A stretch of 64,000 nt of DNA. Origin: an uncultured Gammaproteobacteria bacterium (lineage in GTDB: Bacteria > Patescibacteriota > Patescibacteriia > Patescibacteriales > UBA12465). Made by a program: the position numbers and the translations under genes. The stretch is taken from the NCBI GenBank assembly GCA_964355275.1, contig CAYHCB010000004.1, forward strand, positions 22,615 through 86,614. Direction: 5' to 3'. How positions within the stretch are numbered: position 1 is the first letter of the stretch; every line of letters starts with the position of its first letter. Below are positions 56,436-64,000 of the stretch, piece after piece. The notes beneath the pieces are model-generated. The model did no database searches. It worked only from the letters and a program-made list of their open reading frames with translations, and was not told the origin of the DNA.

Positions 56436-58688
56436 TTATTTTACAATTTTTTCTTTAGTTTTTTTAGTTGTTGTTTTATTTTTTTCTTTGTAGGTGCATT
56501 CGCGATTACTACATTTAACAGTTTCTGTTTTTAGATCTTTTATAATCAAGCCGTCACATTTTGGACATTTTTCTCCGGTTGGCTCTCCGTAGTAAGCATT
56601 TTTGCAGGTCGGATAATTATCGCAGGCATAAAAAGCTCCACGTTTACTAAATTTTTTAACGATGTTGCCGTGATTACAAATTGGACATTTTACATCTGGA
56701 GCGTTATCAGTTTTTATATTTTTTATATTTTTACATTTAGGGTAGGCGGTGCAAGCGAGAAAGGGGCCATACTTCCCATTTTTGACTGCCATATCGGCGC
56801 CGCATTTGTCACACTTTTCGCCGTTAAATTTAGCAGAAAGTTCCACTAATTTTGAATTTTCCGGTGCACCTTCTTTTGTTTTTCCGGCCAGTGGTTTAAT
56901 ATTGCGACAATTAGGAAAACCACTGCAAGCTAAAAATTTTCCGTAGCGACCAGTTTTTATTATCATGTTAACGCCGCACTTATCACATTTTTCCTCGCTT
57001 GTTTCTTCGGGCATAATATCATTTTTATTAATTTCAGCGTATTTAGCTTCTAAATTTTCATGAAATTTATCATAAAAATTTTTAATTACCGGTTGCCAGT
57101 CTTCTTCTCCGGTGGCCACTTTATCTAAATCATCTTCCATTTTAGCGGTAAATTTATAATCAATTATTTCTGGAAAATGGGCGATAAGTAAGTCGCTAAC
57201 TACAAAGGCAATATCGGTGGGTTCTAATTTTTTATTATCATCACGATTTACATAACCGCGAGTAATTATTGTATTAATTGTCGGTGCATAAGTTGATGGT
57301 CGTCCGATGCCATGTTTTTCTAATTCTTTTACTAAACTGGCGTCAGAATATCTACCAGGAGCTTTAGTAAAATGTTGTTCACTTTTTATAGCTAGTAATT
57401 TTAAAATTTCACTTTTTATAACCATCGGTAATTCCTGCTCACTAGTTTTTTCATGGTATATTTTTAGATATCCAGGAAAGTCTAAAATTTGCCCGGAAGC
57501 CCTTAAACTGTATTTACTGGCGCTCACATAAATAGTGGTAGCACTAAGTATAGCGGCCGGCATTTGGCTGGCAACGGATCTTTCCCAAATCAATTTATAT
57601 AAGCGATATAAACCTTTTTCTAGTTTTTCCTTTAAATTTTCCGGAGTATTTTGTACTTCAGTCGGACGAATTGCTTCGTGAGCCTCTTGAGCATTTTTAT
57701 TTTTATTTTTAAAAATACGAGGTGCACTTAAGGTATACTCTGCTCCTAAATTATTTTTTAACCATAGAGCTGCCTCACCTAAAAACTTATCAGATAAGTT
57801 TAAAGAGTCGGTACGCATGTAAGTTATATAACCCTGTTCATATAACTTTTGAGCTAAAGTCATAGTTTGTTTGGCGGAAAAACCTAACTGACGATTAGCA
57901 CTTTGTTGCAAAGTTGAGGTTGTAAAAGGATTCGGCGCACTTTTGTTTACTTTCTTTTTTTCAACTTTTTCTACTGTATAGCTGGCAGCCTCTAATTCTT
58001 TTTTATAAATTTCGGCGCTAGTGGCGTCAATTTCTAGTTTATCTAGAGACTTATCATTTATTTTATATAATTCGGCGCTAAACTTTTCTTTTTTGTTTGT
58101 TTCAAGGTCGGCCGTGACGCTCCAATATTCATCGCTTTTAAAAGCTTTTATTTCTTTCTCACGTTCAACTACTAGACGCATAGCAACACTTTGTACTCGA
58201 CCAGCTGATAGTCCTTTAGCAACTTTCTTCCATAGAAATGGTGATAGCTCATAGCCAACTAAACGATCCAAAATACGACGTGCTTGTTGCGCGTCAACCA
58301 TTTTCATATCTAAGTTACGAGGATGTTCTAGGGCTGCTAAAATTGCCTCTTTAGTGATTTCATGAAAAACAATTCTTTTAGCATTAGTCGGGTTAATTTT
58401 TAAAGCCTCCGCTAAATGCCAAGCAATAGCCTCCCCTTCTCGGTCTTCATCGGACGCGAGAATGATAGTATCCGCTAAGGCTGCTTGTTTTTTAAGATTG
58501 CTTACAGTTTTTTTAGCAGAAGTAGGAATTATATATTTAGGTATAAAACCATTTTCAATATCAATACCCATATCACTTTTTGGAAGGTCGCGAATGTGAC
58601 CGAAAGAAGATTCCACGGTATATTTTTTGTCTAAAAATTTGGAAATAGTGCGCGCTTTAGTTGGTGACTCAACGATAATTAGGGTCAT
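56436..58688 (-). CDS. topA: DNA topoisomerase I
   Basis: 750 aa with a Toprim start MTLIIVESPTKA, the active-site region ITYMRTDS and four C-terminal C4 zinc-ribbon repeats. Confidence 0.9.
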   Translation of the reverse strand: MTLIIVESPTKARTISKFLDKKYTVESSFGHIRDLPKSDMGIDIENGFIPKYIIPTSAKKTVSNLKKQAALADTIILASDEDREGEAIAWHLAEALKINPTNAKRIVFHEITKEAILAALEHPRNLDMKMVDAQQARRILDRLVGYELSPFLWKKVAKGLSAGRVQSVAMRLVVEREKEIKAFKSDEYWSVTADLETNKKEKFSAELYKINDKSLDKLEIDATSAEIYKKELEAASYTVEKVEKKKVNKSAPNPFTTSTLQQSANRQLGFSAKQTMTLAQKLYEQGYITYMRTDSLNLSDKFLGEAALWLKNNLGAEYTLSAPRIFKNKNKNAQEAHEAIRPTEVQNTPENLKEKLEKGLYRLYKLIWERSVASQMPAAILSATTIYVSASKYSLRASGQILDFPGYLKIYHEKTSEQELPMVIKSEILKLLAIKSEQHFTKAPGRYSDASLVKELEKHGIGRPSTYAPTINTIITRGYVNRDDNKKLEPTDIAFVVSDLLIAHFPEIIDYKFTAKMEDDLDKVATGEEDWQPVIKNFYDKFHENLEAKYAEINKNDIMPEETSEEKCDKCGVNMIIKTGRYGKFLACSGFPNCRNIKPLAGKTKEGAPENSKLVELSAKFNGEKCDKCGADMAVKNGKYGPFLACTAYPKCKNIKNIKTDNAPDVKCPICNHGNIVKKFSKRGAFYACDNYPTCKNAYYGEPTGEKCPKCDGLIIKDLKTETVKCSNRECTYKEKNKTTTKKTKEKIVK

Positions 58689-58763
58689 AAATTTTGCTAA
58701 ATTTTTTAATCTATCATAAACAGTGTACTATTTACTCGTAACATGTCAACTCAAAAGATAAGC

Positions 58764-59420
58764 TTAATTTAAACCTAAGGCTTCTTTTAGTTCATATGAA
58801 CTGGTAATTGGAGTAGCGCCTTGAGCAATTAAAAGGTGCGGCCCTTGACTTAGATCATTAAATATTGAACCGGGGATCGTTAAAACATCTCGACCGTTTT
58901 CTAGAGCTAATCGGGCTGTAATTAAAGCCCCTGATCTTATTTTAGCCTGAATAACTAGAGTTGCTAAGCTGAGTCCAGCAATAAGGCGATTTCTTCGGGG
59001 AAAATTTTGCGATTGAGCTCTTGTTCCTATTAGGTATTCAGAAATAATTAGGCCGCCATTTTCGATTATTTTTTGGTAAAGTGGCCAATTATTTTTTGGG
59101 TAAAAACTAGCCTTATCTAAACCGGTTCCTAAAACGGCAATGGTATATTTAGCTCTTAAATGAGCTGCCGTGTCGGCACCTAAAGCTAACCCACTTATAA
59201 TTACAGTTTTTTCTAGAATATCGGTATTTAAAATATTTTTTATAACTCTTTCTCCGTAATCATCCGATTGTCTGCTACCGACCACAGCTAAAGGGAAAAG
59301 ATTGTCGGGCGGGAAAGAACCGCAATAGTATAATATTTTAGGTGGATCAGTAATATTCTTCAAAAGTGCTGGGTAAAGCTGGTCACTTATTTTTACACTT
59401 TTAATGTCATAAACGGACAT
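58764..59420 (-). CDS. dprA: DNA-processing protein DprA (short, Rossmann-like core only)
   Basis: 218 aa with AVVGSRQ...GLALGADTAAH...QNFPRRNRLIAG. Confidence 0.8.
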   Translation of the reverse strand: MSVYDIKSVKISDQLYPALLKNITDPPKILYYCGSFPPDNLFPLAVVGSRQSDDYGERVIKNILNTDILEKTVIISGLALGADTAAHLRAKYTIAVLGTGLDKASFYPKNNWPLYQKIIENGGLIISEYLIGTRAQSQNFPRRNRLIAGLSLATLVIQAKIRSGALITARLALENGRDVLTIPGSIFNDLSQGPHLLIAQGATPITSSYELKEALGLN

Positions 59421-59608
59421 ATAAAATTTAAATATAATACCCAGACTGTTAAATAATCTGGGTATTATTGCAAATTAGCTTTTTTTATATTAAGATATTA
59501 GAAATCTTATTTAGTAGTGCTCGAAATCTTGCCTAAAACTTATCAGGATTAAGCCGCCCCTCCTTGGCTTAAAATTGATTTTTTAGGCAAAACTGCGAGC
59601 ACTATTTT

Positions 59609-60151
59609 TTAAATATTTTTTGGGATACTAGCTATAACATTTTTTATAATTTCTTTTTCTTCGGTATTAAAGTTTTGTAAAACAAATTTATCGGCTGGAA
59701 TTCTAATTCTTAGAAGTTCATTTTTAACACCTATTTTTATTCTTTTAAATTTTTTTGTTTTCAGATGATCAATAATTGATTGTACTCCATTATTGCCGCC
59801 ACTTCTGGAATCACTAGCTATTTTCCATTTGCCAATTTCTATATCAATGTCATCGTGGATAACTGTTAAAACGTCAGTTAGGTCGGCATCCTTCTTGGAA
59901 AATATACCTAATGACTTAGGAAGCAGTCCGTAATAAGACATAATATTCTGAACCGCTTGTCCGGAATTATTCATAAAAGTCTGAGGTTTAATATAAAGAC
60001 AATCAGACGTTTCATAGATAAGTGCTTTAAATTTTTTGCTTACTTGCCATTTTACTTCACCAAGTAATAGGTCTAGAGCCATGAAGCCGATGTTGTGACG
60101 ATTTTTTTCGTATTGTTCACCGGGGTTACCAAGTCCAACAATGATATGCAT
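59609..60151 (-). CDS. pth: Peptidyl-tRNA hydrolase
   Basis: MHIIVGLGNPG...NRHNIGF and HDD motifs. The start is set at the ATG at 60151 (the track starts at 60184). Confidence 0.88.
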   Translation of the reverse strand: MHIIVGLGNPGEQYEKNRHNIGFMALDLLLGEVKWQVSKKFKALIYETSDCLYIKPQTFMNNSGQAVQNIMSYYGLLPKSLGIFSKKDADLTDVLTVIHDDIDIEIGKWKIASDSRSGGNNGVQSIIDHLKTKKFKRIKIGVKNELLRIRIPADKFVLQNFNTEEKEIIKNVIASIPKNI

Positions 60152-60364
60152 ATTTTTTTTCTTATTAATATTTTTATTATACAACAGGAACCATTAAAAT
60201 ACGATTAGAATTGGTTATTTAATTAGTAAAGATGAAATAAAATTAAACTGAAGTCCTTTACAGTTAATTGTTATATTTTTTTCTATTTGTTTATTTTTTT
60301 TATTTTTAGATAAGCGCTTTTAACTCTTTTTGATGATTCTGTGGAAAAATATTTTTGTATTTTT

Positions 60365-60394
60365 TAAAAAATCTCCAAATTAATGGAGATTTTT
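60365..60394. terminator. Bidirectional rho-independent terminator after der
   Basis: Stem ATCTCCA / TGGAGAT flanked by A- and T-runs. Confidence 0.75.
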
Positions 60395-60396
60395 TA

Positions 60397-61791
60397 TTAA
60401 GAAGCAACGCCGTGTACTTTTCTATTTTTTACTACAGTCATTTTAATTGGCGTGCCAGTAAATTCATATTTTTCGCGTAATCTATTTTCCATAAACCTGA
60501 CATAAGAAAAATGTAAATTATCTTTTGAGCCGATTCTTATATCAAACATTGGTGGGTTGCTACGAATTTGGGTAAATTCATAAATTCTCGGCGCCTTTAA
60601 TCCCTTTCCTTTGGCCGGTAGATGAATCTTTACAATCTTCATTAAGAATTTCTGTAATTGAGAATCAGTTATTTCGGTTTTACGCGCAGCTGATATAGAA
60701 ATAACCAAATCCATAATCTTATTAACCTTTAGCCCGGTTTTAGCTGATAGAAATTGTAGCGGCGCCCAGGAAGCGAAAGGTAATTCGTGATAAATATCTT
60801 GTGTCCATTTTTTAGTATCTTTTAACTCTATCTTATCCCATTTATTAGCAATTAGTATCAAGCTTTTATGACGCTCAATTACTTCACCAACTATCTTGGC
60901 GTCTTGATGAGTTAAAGGTTCACTGACATCAAAGACTAATAAGGCGATATCAGCTTTATCAAGTACGTGTAGCGATTTGCCAATTCCTAATTTTTGAATA
61001 CCGTCACCTTTATGGCCTTGTCTAGATATTCCGGCGGTATCGACAAAGCGAATTTTTTGTCCCTGCCAATTTATAACAGTGTCTTGTGGCTCGCGAGTGG
61101 TGTGTGGCTCCTGACTAACAATTACTCTTTCGTAACCTAAAATAGAGTTAAGTAGTGAGGACTTGCCAACGTTAGGTTTTCCGATAATACACACTTTTAT
61201 TTCATCACGTCTATCCTCTTCAATAATTTTTTCATCGGCAAATGATTTTAGTCGAATAACAATATCATCAAGCAAGTCTCCAGTTCCTGATCCAGTGGTA
61301 GCTGAAATGAGTTGTGGTTTACCTAATCCTAATTTAACAAAACCCTCAGCTTCAATAGCATGCTTTTGGCTGTCTACCTTATTAACAACGACAATAGTTT
61401 TTTTAAGTAAGTCTGGATTTTTTTTAAGAGCGGCCGCTAAATGTCTATCTTCCGTTAGAAGCCCAGCGCGGTTATCTACCATAAAGACAATAAGAGCTGA
61501 ATCGTCTAAAATTTGACGTACTTGTTGTTGTGCTAAAAAATCAATAGTATCTTCGGATTTTTTAAATTCATTATTTAAATGTTTAGCATCAAAAATACCA
61601 GCAGTGTCGACTAGTTCAAAGTCTCGATTATTCCAAGAAACATATCCAAAATTACTATCGCGGGTTGTACCGGCGATATCAGAAACTAAAGCTTGCTGTT
61701 TCTCGGTTAAACAATTAAAAAGAGTTGACTTGCCAACATTGGCTCGTCCGAGTAAAGCAACTAAAGGTAGGTTGTGTTTTATATTATTCAT
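60397..61791 (-). CDS. der: Ribosome biogenesis GTPase Der (EngA)
   Basis: 464 aa with two GTPase domains (GRANVGKST, GKPNVGKSS) and a KH-like C-terminus. Confidence 0.9.
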   Translation of the reverse strand: MNNIKHNLPLVALLGRANVGKSTLFNCLTEKQQALVSDIAGTTRDSNFGYVSWNNRDFELVDTAGIFDAKHLNNEFKKSEDTIDFLAQQQVRQILDDSALIVFMVDNRAGLLTEDRHLAAALKKNPDLLKKTIVVVNKVDSQKHAIEAEGFVKLGLGKPQLISATTGSGTGDLLDDIVIRLKSFADEKIIEEDRRDEIKVCIIGKPNVGKSSLLNSILGYERVIVSQEPHTTREPQDTVINWQGQKIRFVDTAGISRQGHKGDGIQKLGIGKSLHVLDKADIALLVFDVSEPLTHQDAKIVGEVIERHKSLILIANKWDKIELKDTKKWTQDIYHELPFASWAPLQFLSAKTGLKVNKIMDLVISISAARKTEITDSQLQKFLMKIVKIHLPAKGKGLKAPRIYEFTQIRSNPPMFDIRIGSKDNLHFSYVRFMENRLREKYEFTGTPIKMTVVKNRKVHGVAS

Positions 61792-61800
61792 TTTATTTTT

Positions 61801-63234
61801 TTATGGTCTTTTGAGGTTCCACTTTTCCGCATCAGTTCCTAATATTAAAATTAAGTTAGGGGTAGAGGTGTTATTTTTTAAATCTGCTAACCATGACGGA
61901 TTATCATAACTTAGAGTAGCTCCAGTTAAATTAGTTAAGCTTTGTATCGCCTTATCGTTGCGACCGTATGATAGGTCGTAGATAGCACTCTTATTAGAAT
62001 TACGCTCCACACCATTACTTATTTTGATAGTGTCAAAATTATAAACTTTTAAATCTTCAGAAATTTTACTAGCCAGTCCGGTTACCCAAGTATTGTTTAT
62101 AATCTGTAAACTAACAGATTCTTTAAGAGGGTCAACTTCTATAATTTTAGGAGCATCATTAAAAATATTTTGGACAAAATATTTTACAGCATCATAACTT
62201 CCGAGGCGTGGCATTAGTAAGTAGGCACCATCTAAACCAGTTTGATCAACTAATAAACCATCTGCGCTATTATCAATAACTTTATTAATTAAATTTGCAT
62301 GATCTAGATTCTTGTAATTATCCCATAAAGCCAACATGTCGGTTATAGAAATATTTGTATCAATGTGTTCGCTTAATTGATTAGAAATACGCACAATCAT
62401 CGCTGGTTTAAGTAAAGTGCTCTTGGACAATAATTTATCTTTTACTGCTTGTAAAATAAGTTGTTGTCTTTTAGCTCTAGCAAAATCTGAGCCTTCGCCA
62501 TTTATTCCATGGCGACTACGAGCAAATTTAAGAGCTAAACTGCCATCCATGTTTTGCGACCCAGTATCAACATGTAAATGTTCGTATCTTGAATAATAAC
62601 TAGGGTTATCTTCTTGTCCTAAAACAGGATATGAGTAGTCATCTAAAGTATTCTCTACATTAACGGTGACCCCATCCATTTCATCCACTATATTAACAAA
62701 ACCATCGAAATCAGCTCTTACATAATAAGTTATCGGGGTGCCTAAAATCTCGCTTAAAGCTTTAGTCATTGCCTCTCCACCGCTGCCAGACTGAACCACT
62801 TCCGCGTTAGCGTTAATTGAATTTATTTTTCGCCAAGAACCGTTTTCAAGTGGAACAGTCATATCACGAGGGATAGAAATCATGGAAACCTGCTTAGTTG
62901 ATGGTTTAAGACTAACTAGCATAATAGTATCTGCTAGATAACCACCATCATGATTTTTCCCGCCCATTCCAATTAGTAAAACATTAATCCGGTCATTTTC
63001 TTCCCCGATTAAAGCTTTATTTGGAATAATACTAATGTGAGCCAATCTATTAAAAATATTAACCGGGTTAAACCAGGAATCACTACTAGGACCAGCGATT
63101 AAAACTTGTCCGGTAAAAATTAGACCAATAATTATAATTATCCCTGAATAAAAAAATAATTTTTTTCTTTTTTTACTCTTATATTCCAAAGGAACGCCGA
63201 TTTCTGGCTCTATGCCTTCTTTAAAGTCTATCAT
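61801..63234 (-). CDS. LytR-CpsA-Psr (LCP) family protein with C-terminal LytR_C-like domain
   Basis: 477 aa with an N-terminal TM and the LCP core INVLLIGMGG...ADTIMLVSL...ISIPRD. Confidence 0.8.
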   Translation of the reverse strand: MIDFKEGIEPEIGVPLEYKSKKRKKLFFYSGIIIIIGLIFTGQVLIAGPSSDSWFNPVNIFNRLAHISIIPNKALIGEENDRINVLLIGMGGKNHDGGYLADTIMLVSLKPSTKQVSMISIPRDMTVPLENGSWRKINSINANAEVVQSGSGGEAMTKALSEILGTPITYYVRADFDGFVNIVDEMDGVTVNVENTLDDYSYPVLGQEDNPSYYSRYEHLHVDTGSQNMDGSLALKFARSRHGINGEGSDFARAKRQQLILQAVKDKLLSKSTLLKPAMIVRISNQLSEHIDTNISITDMLALWDNYKNLDHANLINKVIDNSADGLLVDQTGLDGAYLLMPRLGSYDAVKYFVQNIFNDAPKIIEVDPLKESVSLQIINNTWVTGLASKISEDLKVYNFDTIKISNGVERNSNKSAIYDLSYGRNDKAIQSLTNLTGATLSYDNPSWLADLKNNTSTPNLILILGTDAEKWNLKRP

Positions 63235-63392
63235 ATATAATAAAAATAATTCAATAACAGGAGCATTATTGAATTACTGGGGTGTGGTAGCTAATTTATT
63301 ACAATTACTCAGGCTAGTATATAATCTTTTTTGCTTTTTGGCAATAGCTAAATATTAGCAAAAATACCCCTATTTAGGATATTTTTTTATAA

Positions 63393-63466
63393 TGGTCGGG
63401 CTGCCCGGAATCGAACCGGGATTACACGAACCCGAATCGTGCGTAATACCACTATACCACAACCCG
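63393..63466 (-). tRNA. tRNA-Pro (anticodon CGG), CCA encoded
   Basis: Reverse complement: C1-G72 acceptor CGGGTTG/CAGCCCG, anticodon loop TTCGGGT (G37), T-loop TTCGATT. Confidence 0.85.
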
Positions 63467-63558
63467 TTTTTACTTTTTTAAAGCTGAAAGTTGAGAAATT
63501 TAGTACAACAGCAGGGGTGTGATGCTTTAATTAAAGTCACTAATCTAAATATTACAAA

Positions 63559-63632
63559 TGGTCGGGCTGCCCGGAATCGGACCGGGGCTACATGCACCCC
63601 ATGCACGCGTACTACCATTATACTACAGCCCG
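63559..63632 (-). tRNA. tRNA-Pro (anticodon GGG), CCA encoded, atypical T-loop
   Basis: Reverse complement: acceptor CGGGCTG/CAGCCCG, anticodon loop ATGGGGT (G37), T-loop TCCGATT (C at position 55). Confidence 0.7.
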
Positions 63633-63709
63633 AAATTATTTATTTTTTATTACTGGGTGCTTATTTTTTTCTTAATCTTAATTTGATTTGTATTTTTTGT
63701 CAAAAAAAC

Positions 63710-63738
63710 TTGACTAAGTTTAAAAGACGCGTTAATAT
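63710..63738 (+). promoter_or_regulatory. Sigma70-like promoter
   Basis: TTGACT, a 17-nt spacer, then TAATAT. Confidence 0.5.
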
Positions 63739-63770
63739 GCTTGTAGGTAATTTATGCTAATTAGCTAGAC

Positions 63771-63797
63771 GGGACCCTTAAAAGGGGTCTTTTTTTG
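63771..63797 (+). terminator. Rho-independent terminator upstream of trpS
   Basis: Stem GACCC / GGGTC followed by a 7-T run. Confidence 0.6.
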
Positions 63798-63828
63798 TTG
63801 CTTAAAATTCTAATTTATCATAATATAG

Positions 63829-64000
<172 letters not shown>

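Overview
This window is AT-rich (roughly one-third GC by eye) and tightly packed. It looks like an ultra-small, monoderm-type CPR/Patescibacteria-like bacterium using the standard genetic code; TGA is used as a stop, for example in the ATGA overlap at 5682-5685. Most of it is housekeeping. There are seven aminoacyl-tRNA synthetase genes (tyrS, argS, glyQS, valS, pheS, pheT, partial trpS) and the ribosomal/translation genes rplS, rpsF, ssb, rpsR, efp, pth, der and ychF. Also present are tsaD, tsaE, smc, topA, dprA, uvrA, ppsA, lgt, lspA and 11 tRNA genes. I saw no rRNA, CRISPR array, transposase or integrase. The accessory content is mainly cell-envelope related. Six tandem small VirB2/TrbC-like pilin paralogs lie at 5.2-7.8 kb, with a seventh cysteine-rich variant at 9.9-10.4 kb. 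Nearby are a 3D-domain wall protein, VanW, LCP and O-antigen-ligase-like proteins, and a patatin plus PLD phospholipase pair. The most unusual items are: (1) a 1004-aa protein made of two complete PilB/GspE-type secretion ATPase modules fused in tandem, in an operon with a polytopic membrane protein, a translin-family protein and a YfcE-type phosphoesterase; (2) an SMC protein with no recognisable hinge motif and mirror-symmetric ~90-aa duplications in both coiled-coil arms; (3) a UvrA missing the UvrB-binding domain; (4) a 45-aa lysine-rich histone-H1-like ORF absent from the ORF track, with a perfect 51-bp tandem duplication; (5) a promoter-driven, terminator-flanked rod-shaped structured RNA candidate at 45.2 kb; (6) a tRNA-Ile with a UAU anticodon; and (7) a duplicated tRNA-Val 3' end. 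All functional calls rest on motif recognition by eye, since no database search could be run.
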